Source: Macrostomum lignano
Taxonomy: Eukaryota
Reading direction: 5' to 3'
Assembly: GCA_002269645.1 (NCBI GenBank)
Contig: NIVC01000215.1
Location: 434,001-498,000, forward strand
Length of the DNA: 64,000 nucleotides
Shown: positions 1-11,886 of the stretch, piece after piece
Position numbering within the stretch: position 1 is the first letter of the stretch
Layout: each line of letters starts with the position of its first letter
Program-made: the position numbers and the translations under genes
The notes under the pieces: generated by a model
What the model was told of the DNA's origin: nothing
What the model saw: only the letters and a program-made list of their open reading frames with translations
The model's database searches: none

Positions 1-2
1 CC

Positions 3-403
3 ATGACTGCCATTCTCACTCGATTGAGCAGGAAATTTGGACATATTCGAATACTGGTATTCGAAGAGCGCGATATTCTTGAGCAACCGGTTGAGGCTTG
101 GCCAGTTGTGGATGCCCTGATATCGTTCTATTCTCACGGCTTCCCGCTGGAGAAGGTGGCTCAGTATGCGGAACTGAGAAAACCATTTCTGGTCAACGAT
201 TTGATATCGCAGCGACTGCTCATGAATAGGCAGAAGGTATGATTGTTGTCAATTGAGGGTCTAATCGATTGATTGTTTGATTGATTGATTGATTGATTGA
301 CTGATGACTGACTGACTGACTGATTGATAGACTTATGATTGGTTGATTGACTGACTGACTGACTGATTGATTGATTGATTGATTGTTTAACTGACTGACA
401 GAC

Positions 404-457
<54 letters not shown>

Positions 458-3400
458 TTTGATTTACTGATTGATTGATTAGTTGATTTGGATTATCAAT
501 TGGTTAGAATTATCGATCGGTTGAATTATCGATTGGTTGAATTATCGATTGGTTGAATTATCGATTGTTTGAATTATCGATTGGTTGAATAAATTACTGA
601 TTGGTTTCAGTTATCGATTAGTTGAATTATTGATTGGTTCGTTAGATGGTTAATTGATTGATTTATTGATTGGTTAAACCCCGAGACCGCAGATTAGCAA
701 TCCTATCATGTAAAAGTACCTCAAAAATTCCCTTCAACAGGTGTACGAACGACTTCGCGAACGGGAAATCCCAGTCGTTCGCTACGCCGTCTGTCATCGA
801 GGCGACGCCGGCGACGATGACGCTCTATTGGAAGCCGAAGATCACATCGTACTAAACGGCGTCACCTTCAACAAGCCGTTTGTTGAGAAGCCGCTGGACG
901 CGGACGATCACAATATTCGAATTTATTTTCCCAGCACGGCTGGCGGCGGCTCCGTCCGGCTGTTCCGCAAGGTGGGCAACTGCAGCAGCGTCTACCATCA
1001 GCAGGAGAGCCGCGTGCGGCGGCTGGGCAGCTTCGTGTATGAGGAGTTCATGGCTACGGATGGCGCTGACATCAAGGTAATGCGTCTGTGTGCCTGTCTG
1101 TGTGTCCGGCTGTGTGTCTTCCTGTGTGTCTGCGTGTCTGGCTGTGTGTCCGGCTGTGTCTGTGTGTCTTCCTGTGTGTCTGTGTGTCTTCCTGTGCGTC
1201 TGTGTGCCTGTCTGTGTGTCCGGCTGTGTCTGTGTGTCTGTGTGTCTTCCTGTGTGTCCGTGTGTCCGACTGTGTGTCTGTGTGTCTTCCTGTGTGTCTG
1301 TGTGTCTTCCTGTGTGTCTGTGTGTCTGCCTGTGTGTCTGTGTGTTTGCCTGTGTGACTGTCTGTGTCTGGCTGTGTGTCTGTGTGTCTTCCTGTGTGTC
1401 TGTGTGTCTTCCTGTGTGTCTGTGTGTCTTCCTGTGTGTCTGTGTGTCTGACTGTGTGTCTGTGTGTCTGGCTGTGTGTCTGTGTGTCTTCCTGTGTGTC
1501 TGTGTGTCTGCCTGTGTGACTGTATGTGTGATTCTGTGTGCCTGTCTGTGGGTCTGCCTGTATGTCTGTGTGTCTGGCTGTGTGTCTGTGTGTCTTCCTG
1601 TGTGTCTGTGTGTCTGGCTGTGTTGTCTGTGTGTTTGCCTGTGTGACTGTCTGTGTCTTCCTGTGTGACTGTCTATGTGTGATTCTGTGTGCCTGAGTGT
1701 CTGGCTGTGTCTGTGCATCTGTGTGTCCTTTTGTCTGCCTGTCTGTGTCTGTATTTGTGCCTGTAATTGTGTCTCTGTGTCTGTGTACGTGCCAAATCCG
1801 TTGGTCTATCTTTAGTATCTGTCTCTCTGTCGATCTGTACCAGCTTATTAAGGCAGCAATTTGGAGTTACGCTAATGCTAGCATTTCGCGTCTGGAAAAG
1901 TCTCGGCTATTGACGCAAAGCATATAGCATACATGGAGTGGTTTCCGGTTCTTTGCAACTATATAGGCATGTATCGACTTTGAATAACATCAGTTACTAC
2001 TGCAGTGTGTATAGAACTATGAATTATATGCATATAATTTTGTTTAGTAGTGTTCGCCTGATTTTATTGACCCACCTGGCAGTAGTGCTTAGGAGGGGTG
2101 TTTAAGCTCTTCTGGATAAGCCCCACCTCAGGTAAATAAAAGCACCACTTGCAGTTAAAACCTAAATCCGCTAGGTAATTGCGAGCCAAGATAAACAATT
2201 GCCACTCAACGATTTTTGAACTAGAAAACGGTTCCCATGTAGAAAATTCGAAGGTTAATTGTCCCCAAACCCCAAACCCAGGTGAGAGAGTCAAGATAAT
2301 TACAACACCCAAACTCCAGGTGAGATAGTCAAGATAATTACCAGCTCCCCAAACCCCAGCGCCAGGTGAGAGAGTCAAGATACCGTTCCCTAAACCCCAA
2401 ACCCAGGTGAGAAAGTCAAGATAATTACGGCACCACAAACCCCAACTCCAGGTGAGAGAGTCAAGATAATTACCGTTCCCCAAACCCCAACTCCAGGTGA
2501 GAAAGTCAAGATAATTATCAGCTCCCCAAACCTAAATCCAGGTAAGAGAGTCAAGATAATTACGGCACCACAAACCCCAACTCTAGGTGAGAGAGTCAAG
2601 ATAATTACCAGCTCCCCGAACCCCAACTCCAGGTGAGAGAGTCAAGAAAATTACCAGCTCCCCGAACCCCAACTCCAGGTGAGAGAGTCAAGATAATTAC
2701 CAGCTCCCCGAACCCCAACGCCAGGTGAGAGAGTCAAGATAATTACGGCTCCCCGAACCCCAACTCCAGGTGAGAAAGCTGAGATAATTACCGCATTCAA
2801 AACTAAGTAACAGAGCCAAGGCAGCTGACGTATAAAACACGTAGGTTTAAAAGTAAAACACCCTCTCCTAAACGCTGCCCCATCCCTCCTAAAAATCTGC
2901 AGGTATACGCAATCGGAGGTGACTATGCTCATGCCGAAGCTCGGAAGTCGCCCGCCCTGGACGGCAAGGTGGAGCGCGACCCGGAGGGCAAGGAGATGCG
3001 CTGCCCGGTGATTCTCACCGCTCGAGAAAAAATCATCGCCAAAAAAGTTGTGGAAGCCTTCAACCAGACTGTGTGCGGCTTCGACCTGCTCCGCGCCAAT
3101 GGAGTCTCGTACGTCTGCGACGTTAACGGCTTCAGCTTCGTGAAGAGCTCGGAGAAGTACTACGACGACTGCGCCTTCATCTTGGCCACCCTGCTCACCC
3201 AGGCCATTGCGCCGTCTCTGTCCCTGTCAGTCAGCTGTCCCAGCATGGACCGGCCTCCGCTGGTTCGAACCACCTTCGGCACCGTGATGGAGCTGCGCTG
3301 TCTAATTGCCGTCATTAGGCACAGCGACCGGACTCCCAAGCAGAAGCTGAAAATGCCTGTCTATGGCAAAGAGTTTTATCGACTGTTCAACCGGCACAGA

Positions 3401-6400
3401 GGCGACGGAGGTCGCCGATTTGAGGCCAAGCTGAAGAAGCCAGCGGCTCTGCAGGAACTGCTCAATGCTGCCAGGAGCATCCTGATGCAGGCTGGCCACG
3501 ATGGCGACGGGTTCAAGGAGTCGCCGAAGGAGGACAGATCTAGTATTGAGCAGGTGAGCAACCGAAGGGTGAGGGCCAGTCTCGAAGGTGCGCACCTAAA
3601 GAAAAGAAAGTCAAAGAGCCATTGTACACCCTGTGTGAGCGTATGCGTGCAGATCAGCCAAGCAGACACCTGTAACCGGGGGAGAACCCATTAGCTAATC
3701 AGACACCTGTAACCGGGGAAAACCCATTAGCTAATCAGACACCTGTAACCGGGGAAAACCCATTAGCTAATCAGACACCTGTAACCGGGGGAGAACCCAT
3801 TAGCTAATCAGACACCTGTAACCGGGGAGAACCCAGTAGCTAATCAGACACCTGTAACCGGTAAAAACCCAAGTAGCTAATCAGACACCTGTAACCGGGG
3901 AAAACCCATTAGCTAATCAGACACCTGTAACCGGGGAAAACCCAGGTAGCTAATCAGACACCTGTAACCGGGGGAAAACCCAGGTAGCTAATCAGACACC
4001 TGTAACCGGGGAATTCCCAGTAGCTAAGCAGTCACCTGCAACCGGGGAAAACCCATTAGCTAAACAGTCACCTGTAACCGGGGAAATGAAAGTAGCTAAG
4101 CAGTCACCTGTAACCGGGGAAAACCCAGTAGCTAATCAGACACCTGTAACCGGGGGAAAACCCAGTAGCTAATCAGACACCTGTTAACCGGGTGAACCGA
4201 GTAATCACCCCAGAAGCCTAAATCCCACCATTCCCACCTGTCAGGTTCGCCAGGTGCTGGAAATGCACGGCAGATTTCGGGGCATCAATCGCAAAGCGCA
4301 ACTAAAATTCGCTCCGCGAGGCGGTCAAGGCGCCGCTTTGGCGCCGGGCGCCGAGGTTGGCGCCGAAGACGGCGACCTGCTGCTTGTGCTCAAGTGGGGC
4401 GGCGCCCTGACAGAGGAGGGCCGCGCGCAGGCCGAGAAGCTGGGGAGAGCGTTCAGGTGAGTGGCTTAACTCTAATCTCACCTAATCTAATCTCACCTAA
4501 TCTAGTCTCACCAATCTAATCTCACCCAGCCTAATCTCACAAATTCTAATCTCACCCGATCTGATCTCAATCAATCTAATCTCAAACATTCTAATATCAA
4601 ACATTCTAATCTCACCCATTCTAATCTCACACATTATAATCTCACGCATTCTAATCCCACCCAATTTAATCTCACTCAATCTAATCTTACCCCATCTAAT
4701 CTCAAACATTCTAATCTCACCCATTCTAATCTCACCCAGTCTAATCTCACAAATTATAATCTCACCCGATCTGATCTCAATCAATCTAATCTCACCTAAT
4801 CTAGTCTCACCCATTCTAATCTCACCCCATTCCAATCTCACCCCATTCTAATCTCACAAATTCCTATCTTATGTAATCTTTATCTCTTCTAATCCGTTCT
4901 CGTCGAATCTATTCATCTAATATCTTCTCCCTTATTTACTTGTTATCGTTTTCCATCCAAAAAACTATATTTTTACAACTCTTCTTTTGTCAATACGTGG
5001 CTTAGCTGATCAAAGCAATTTCGTTCTGCTTGCAGAACACGGCTGCGACTCTTTCACTAAGAAAGCGTCAAGTATTTTAGTTTCCCTTACAAAAGTACAA
5101 AATCCCGCTGTAGATTATAAGATGCTATATAAATACAGACATATTGAAGTAACAGTAGGTAGGTAGGGCTTAGGGAATTCAGTCTTATCCTAAAGCCCAA
5201 AAAGCCCTTGGCCTTAATCAAGAACGCTTCTAATCTCTTTCTCCCCCTTGAATTATAGGGGGGATGAGAAAGAAGTGACTTATAGCCATCAGATCCTGGC
5301 TCGATCTGAGTCAGTCCACTTGGGATTCTATTTCCTGAGAATCCGATTGCTACAGCAACGTGATATATCTTGAAGTATATCTTCAAGTGTGACGAATATT
5401 TCTATAATGAATTCACAATTAGATTCCCAGTTCAAAATTAAAGAAATCAACGTTAAAAATCACCAAATTTTGAGTTCTCAATTCCCTCAAACTCTGAGAA
5501 ATCCCAAATCTTGAGATCCCAAGTCTCAAACACTGAGAAATCCCAAATCTTGAGATCTCAAGTCTCAAACACTGAGAAATCCCAAACCTTGAGTTCTCAA
5601 GTCTGAAACACTGAGAAATCCCAAACCTTGAGTTCTCAAGTCTGAAACACTGAGAAATCCCAAACCCAATTCCCTCAAACACAGAGAAATCCCAAATGTT
5701 GAGATCTCAGCTCTGCAACCTGTTTATGACATCTCAGAGATCCCAACCATCGCTCCCGCAGAGGCATTTACCCTGGCGGCGAGAGCTGCCCACGCAGCGA
5801 CGGACTGGGCCCTCTCCGCCTGCACTCGACCTACCGACACGACTTGAAAATTTATGCCAGCGACGAGGGCCGCGTCCAAACCACGGCGGCTGCATTTGCC
5901 AAGGGTTTCCTAGACCTCGAAGGCCCTTTAACTCCAATCCTAGTCCAGATGGTACAGTCTGGCAATACCAGCGGCCTGTTGGACTCGGACAACACTGCCC
6001 GGAAGTGCATGTCGGCGGTGAAATGTCGGATTCAGGAGAGCATGAGCCTGGATCGAGACTTCACTGAAGCGGATGTGCAGCAGATCGCTCCGGATGGTTC
6101 TGCAGCTCTGATCAGAGCAATGTGCAATCTGGGCAATCCCAAGGCTGCCTGCAGGGGCATGCGGGACGGCATCGAGGCTCTGATTGCTCAGTTAGAGCAG
6201 ATGGAGCTTCAGCCAGCGACGCAGCTGTACCATGGAGAGACTGTGGAGCTGGCGCTGGGTCGGTGGCAGAAGCTCATGAGAGATTTTCAACTCGATAATG
6301 ATCAGTTTCAATTGGCTAAGGTTAGCGCTGTGTCTTTGTTGTCCTGTTTGCACCCTTGGTACTCATGCTCTTGGCGCCACTTGATTCTGGTGTGCTGGCG

Positions 6401-9400
6401 CCACTAATCCTTTAATCTCGACGATACTAATCCTCTAATCTTGACGACACTAATCCTCTAATCTCGACGCCACTAATCTTCTAATCTCGACGCCACTAAT
6501 CCTCTAATCTTAGCGCCACTAATCCTCTAATCTTAGCGCCACTAATCCTCTAATCTCGACGCCACTAATCTTCTAATCTCGACGCCACTAATCCTCTAAT
6601 CTTAGCGCCACTAATCCTCTAATCGTCACTAATCTAATCCAATAATCTTGAAATCCAATATTCAGGATATCAGGATATCACTAATATTCAGGATATTCAG
6701 GATATCACTAATCCAATAATCTTGGCGCCACTAATCCTCTAATCTTAGCGCCACTAATCCTCTAATCTTGGCGCCACTAATCTTCTAATCTCAGCGCCAC
6801 TAATCCTCTGATCTTAGCGCTACTAATCCTCTCATCTTGACGTCACTAATCCTCTAATCTTGACGTCACTAATCCTCTAATCTTAGCGCCACTAATCCTC
6901 TCATCTTGACGTCACTAATCCTCTAATCTTGACGTCACTAATCCTCTGATCTTGGCGTCACTAATCCTCTAATCTTGGCGTCACTAATCCTCTAATCTTG
7001 ACGTCACTAATCCTCTAATCTTGACGTCACTAATCCTCTAATCTTGGCGTCACTAATCCTCTAATCTTGACGTCACTAATCCTCTAATCTTGGCTTGTAA
7101 CCATACTTTTCCTTTTTCTGACGACGCCCTGCACTTTAGATGGCCCTCTAGTTAGGACCTATCTGCATTGCCAACAGGAATCCCCAATCCAGCCGCTAAT
7201 AAACATCGCCCATCCAGGTACCAGACATCTACGACAACATCAAATACGACCTGCTGCACAACACGGCACTGTTCAATTCGTGTGGCCAAGTGGCCCGTCA
7301 GCTCTACTTCCTGGCCAAGAACATGGCGGATATTGTGGTGCCAAGCGAATACGGCATTACCAGCCGAGAAAAACTGTTTATTGCTCAGCAAATTTGCAAT
7401 CCGTTATTAAAGAAAATTTTGGCCGACATGGAGTACACAAGTGCTATTGATGTTGCTGAGTCTGATGTCTCAGGGAAGCTGGAGAACAGCCTGTGAGTGA
7501 CTATGTAAAAAATCCCGAATGCCGAATACCGAATTCTAAATCCCAAATCTTGAGACCTCAATCCCAAATCTTGAGTCCTGAATCCCAACCATTGAGTCCT
7601 GAATCCCAAAACTTGAGACCTGAATCCCAAATCTTGAGACCTGAATCCCAAATCTTGAGACCTGAATCCCAAATCTTGAGTCCTGAATCCCAAATCTTGA
7701 GTCCTGAATCCCAAATCTTGAGTCCTGAATCCCAAATCTTGAGTCCTGAATCCCAAATCTTGAGTCCTGAATCCCAACCATTGAGTCCTGAGTCCCAAAT
7801 CTTGAGTCCTGAATCCCAAATCTTGAGTCCTGAATCCCAAATCTTGAGTCCTGAATCCCAAATCTTGAGTCCTGAATCCCAAATCTTGAGTCCTGAATCC
7901 CAAATCTTGAGTCCTGAATCCCAAATCTTGAGTCCTGAATCCCAACCATTGAGTCTAGAATCCCGACTATTGAGTTCTTAATTCCAACTATTGAGTCCCA
8001 AATCTCGAATCTTCAGTCCTGAATCCCAAATTTTGAATCCCAAATCGTGTACCCAAAAGTTTATTTTGAGCTTTCCTTATTCTCCTACATTTCAGATTGG
8101 CAACAAACGACGACAGTCAAGTCAATAGGGGCATGTAAGCTTCATATTGAGATATTTTACCTTGTCTAAAAGGTACATCTTTGAGTACATATTAGAAAGA
8201 TTGATATAATGCACCGGGTCAATAATATTAAACACAAACCAACAGGAAAACCAACAATTTTCAGTCACTTTTGAGTTCCAAGTTCAAATCTTAATCAAGA
8301 ACTACTCAAGCAGAAGGACGGGGAAGAACATTTCTTGGAAAATTTTAGGAAGCAGGTTTCTCCGAAAAAAACATTACGGAGATAGGAAGTTTTTTTATGT
8401 TTTCAGCACAAAAAATGTTATTTCTTTTGATGGGAGGCAGACCCAGTGTCCATCTTTTGATATTTTCTGCCTTTCTTACAGCTCTATCGATATTCATAGA
8501 GCTTAGAAAATTAGGAATTTATGTTAAGTTTTTATTCTACGTATTTGTCCTGTGCCTAAAAATCATTTGAAATGCCGTATGGCACGGCTAAACTCATTGG
8601 TTTTATAAATCTCTTTTTCGGTAAAAACCGGCCTTCTAAAATTTTCCAAGAAACGTAGTTTCCCATCCTTCTACTTGAGTAGTTGTTGATCTTAATTTTG
8701 GAGACAGGTGCATCAGAGATTCGATTAGACTTGTTGGCTGTATCTAAGAATCAAAAACATTTTCCCAGCCGCAGTTTGAACGCCACCCAGTCGCAGCACC
8801 GCTTCGTTAGAACTCGTCTGTACTTTACCTCGGAATCGCATCTGCACTCGGTTATTAACGTTCTGCGTCACGGTGACCTAGCTAATCCAGTCACTGACGA
8901 GCAATGGTCTCGGGCCATAGACTATTGCAACGCTGTCACAGAGCTGAACTACCTGACCCAGATTGTCTTCATGATTTATGAGGACTCGCAGTATCCAGCC
9001 GATTCTCACTGTCGCTACCACGTTGAGCTGCACTTCTCCCCGGGCTGCGTGGCAGCGACTCCTGAGGATTGTTCAGCTGCCACTGCTCCAGTTGTGGGCT
9101 ACAGACCCAGGCGGCATTGTAAAAGCGTCTGCGGAGCCCTGGTCGATTCGGGACTGAAGCAAGTGGTACTGCAGTCTCAGGAAGACCAAGTGGTACTGCA
9201 GTCTCAGGAAGACCAAGCGGTACTGCAGTCTCAGGAAAACCAAGCGGTACTGCAGTCTCAGGAAGACCAAGCGGTACTGCAGTCTCAGGAAGACCAAGCG
9301 GTACTGCAGTCTCAGGAAAACCAAGCGGTACTGCAGTCTCAGGAAGACCAAGCGGTACTGCAGTCTCAGGAAGACCAAGCGGTACTGCAGTCTCAGGAAA

Positions 9401-11257
9401 ACCAAGCGGTACTGCAGTCTCAGGAAGACCAAGCGGTACTGCAGTCTCAGGAAGACCAAGCGGTACTGCAGTCTCAGGAAGACCAAGCGGTACTGCAGTC
9501 TCAGGAAGACCAAGCGATGCTGCAGTTGGAGGAAGACCAAGCGGATCTTGAGTCTCCGATACAGCAACGAGTGCAAAACAGCGAAAGCGCCGAAAATCAG
9601 TCGGTACCAGTCTGCCAGGAATCTCATCCTTCATTAAATTTTCCCCGAATTCGCCTGGGTCGTTTCCAGCTCACACTGGTAAATTCCGACACAGGTGTTG
9701 CGACGGCTTCCGAAGCGATAGATGACGCTGCTGCAACACAAGGTGGGACGAATTATCATGTTTTTTTCACCAAAATAAGCTTTATTTATACTCGGTTTTT
9801 TCACTTCTTCTGTTCAGCATTGCAGGACTCGAGCGCCAGCTCAGATGGCGCTCATGCGCCAGTCAGACAGCGCCAGAACTCCTGGTCGCATCTTGGCAGA
9901 GTGGAATTTTCCGGTTCAACATTATCAGACTCTAAGCAGCAACAGAAGCAGAATCTGCAACAGCAGCAGCAGCAGTTGCAGAAAAGAGCCAAAAGCGAGT
10001 CGAGTGATAGCTCTCCGAGTTCAGTGGTCGGTGCAGCGGCAGAGGTGCTAGACAGAGTCAGGACGTTCCACGCGTCCGATGATGTCAAACGGATGCTGCG
10101 GCATATCAGCTCTAGGAGTTTAGTGCTGCCGGCTGGTGAGTTACTAGAAAAATATCAATTTTATTTTTAGATATTCTTGTGTAGCTTTGGCTTTGTTCAT
10201 TATTTGCATGCTAAGATCGATGCTCGGTTTCTTAATGGCTTGTTTTAATTGGCGGATTTATCCATGGATTGCTTGTGCTGTACCTGTGCTTCTTCGGCTG
10301 TCTAGCAGGGTGGTTTGGGGCTCTTCGTCTTCTCAACTGGGAGCCTTCTCGTAGCTCTTAGTAGCGTAGGTAGTGAGTAGCGTAGGTAATGCTGCTCATG
10401 GATGAAGGAATAGAATAGAATGAATAGAATAGAATAAAATAGGATCTATTCCTTTATCCATGATGCTGCTACCAGTCCGTCGGGTCTCGGCCTTCGGTGA
10501 GTTGCAGTTGAAGTTCAACGAACAGGGCGTCTCGTTAGCAGATCCTGTCGGGCTTAGAAGGCGGTTGGGAGGGCTGTGTTAGCTTCTCGCAGGCTTGAGG
10601 TCGGCTTAGATGTTCAGGCAAACAGAGACGGGTTGACTGTAAGCGCACGGAAACGAGAGTACAGAGAGATTCAGAAATCGAGAAACTTGACACAAGGAAC
10701 AAGAACTAAGAACTTGGAAAACTTGAAAACACCTTGACTACTAAGGGTGAGGGGGGTCCGTATTTATAGCTTGGGATTCTCCACTGCCCCAATACGCACA
10801 GGACCCCGGGACTTTGTTCTATTTTTAGAACTGACGTCACTTGGGATACTCGAGCAGAGTGCACCAGGCTGTGACTCAGTGTCTATTTTTAGAAACATGA
10901 ATCACTCCTTTCCTTAGAGAAGGGAGGGCCTCGGGCACGTGATTTCCCGTAAACACGGACCAATGAGTGCAGTAAACATGTTTACTGCACTTTTAGGACT
11001 GCAAGAAAGCCAGGATTGTAATGTGACTAGCTCACATGACAAGGGAAACAGGTCAACAACGTGACCACAGGAACGCAGCGAAACCAGAGCGCGGAGAACG
11101 GGAGAAAGGGAACAGGCAAAACGGGCAGACAAAGGGAGAACGGGAGGCTGCCCAGCGGCAGACAGCGATCCATGGCGAGGGCGAGGGCGAGGGAAACTGC
11201 TGACAGTAGGGCGACGCCTAACACTACACTAGCGGCTCACTACAATTGATTGATTGG

Positions 11258-11315
<58 letters not shown>

Positions 11316-11886
11316 CCCTAGTTACGGATTACGATATTTAGGTAATAAGCCCTAGTTAGAGACCCACTCATCCAGATATTAGTACCTATTCTTAAAAATC
11401 ATATTATGCAGGAAATAAGTCCCTGATTAAAGATCCTTCTATCCAAGTATTAAGATTAATCAATTGACCGACTAAGTACAGCTGTACTTCTAAGCTGACC
11501 TCAGGCTCCCCATCCGCCTCCGCGCAGCCGATCCCAAGCAGCACCTGATCTCCACCAGCCTGATTCGAGCATCGGATCCGGAGCTTCTCAACGCTGACAA
11601 TCAGGCGTCTGCAGCGAAGCTTCCTCGCTCTGAAGCTGCAGACTCAGATTCTACCGTCGTGGAAACGGCGCTCAAAGCTGAGACTCAAGCAGCCAAGGAG
11701 AACGGCTCTGCAAAAGAATCTTCCAGCAAAACATTTTGTTCCTCATCGGCGTCCGATCAGCATCAGCAGTTGGCCACTGCGCCCTGCGTACCTGGCATCT
11801 ATCCGCTGGAGACGCTGCACAACTCACTGACTCTGCGACAGGTAGAGCTGTTCCTGCACCGGTTTACCCGGGTGCGACAGGTGTAG
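3..11886 (+). CDS. PPIP5K: Inositol hexakisphosphate/diphosphoinositol-pentakisphosphate kinase (PPIP5K/Vip1), spliced, 5'-partial
   Basis: Hand-built exons with GT-AG ends and consistent phases: 3-236, 741-1076, 2903-3553, 4245-4456, 5762-6320, 7218-7492, 8096-8134, 8769-9742, 9818-10135, 11528-~11886. Motifs: [108 protein letters not shown]. The last two exons and the stop are less certain. Confidence 0.93.
255..660. repeat. (ATTG/ACTG)n microsatellite followed by a 16-bp GAATTATCGATTGGTT array
   Basis: Direct inspection; PPIP5K intron 237-740. Confidence 0.9.
1081..1790. repeat. TG-rich degenerate micro/minisatellite
   Basis: CTGTGTGT-type units starting right after the donor at 1077. 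Confidence 0.95.
2270..2790 (+). repeat. ~45-bp minisatellite, 12 copies, each containing YAG|GT(G/A)AG
   Basis: Unit approximately CCAGGTGAGAGAGTCAAGATAATTACCAGCTCCCCGAACCCCAACT. Confidence 0.95.
3662..4190. repeat. 36-37-bp minisatellite
   Basis: Unit AGCTAATCAGACACCTGTAACCGGGGAAAACCCATT; PPIP5K intron 3554-4244. Confidence 0.95.
4468..4860. repeat. 15-bp minisatellite
   Basis: Unit TCTAATCTCACCCAT. Confidence 0.95.
5475..5750. repeat. 39-bp minisatellite
   Basis: Unit CTGAGAAATCCCAAACCTTGAGTTCTCAAGTCTGAAACA. Confidence 0.9.
6400..7095. repeat. 23-bp minisatellite
   Basis: Unit (C/T)CACTAATCCTCTAATCTTGACG. Confidence 0.95.
7540..8035. repeat. 21-bp minisatellite
   Basis: Unit CCTGAATCCCAAATCTTGAGT. 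Confidence 0.95.
9160..9537 (+). repeat. 27-bp in-frame coding VNTR (QAVLQSQED), 14 units
   Basis: Lies in the open frame of the PPIP5K exon 8769-9742. Confidence 0.9.
10180..11244 (-). mobile_element. Candidate solo LTR in PPIP5K intron
   Basis: TGTAG...CTACA ends with imperfect flanks (CTTG/ATTG); minus-strand TATAAATA 10768-10761; CRE at 10832, AP-1 at 10872, CTATTTTTAG at 10819 and 10883. Confidence 0.4.
10397..10462. mobile_element. 66-bp MITE with 18-bp TIR and 8-bp TSD
   Basis: CATGGATGAAGGAATAGA ... TCTATTCCTTTATCCATG (one mismatch), flanked by ATGCTGCT at 10389-10396 and 10463-10470. Confidence 0.8.
11245..11315. repeat. (ATTG)n microsatellite
   Basis: Direct inspection. Confidence 0.95.

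Noticed and set aside
852-1718. His/Thr-rich and Cys/Val-rich ORFs
   Set aside because: They are readings of the TG-rich intronic repeat.
10303-10370. Extra PPIP5K exon after TCTAGCAG
   Set aside because: The phase-compatible frame hits TAG before the donor, and the acceptor at 11527 already fits the phase; it could only be an alternative terminal exon.
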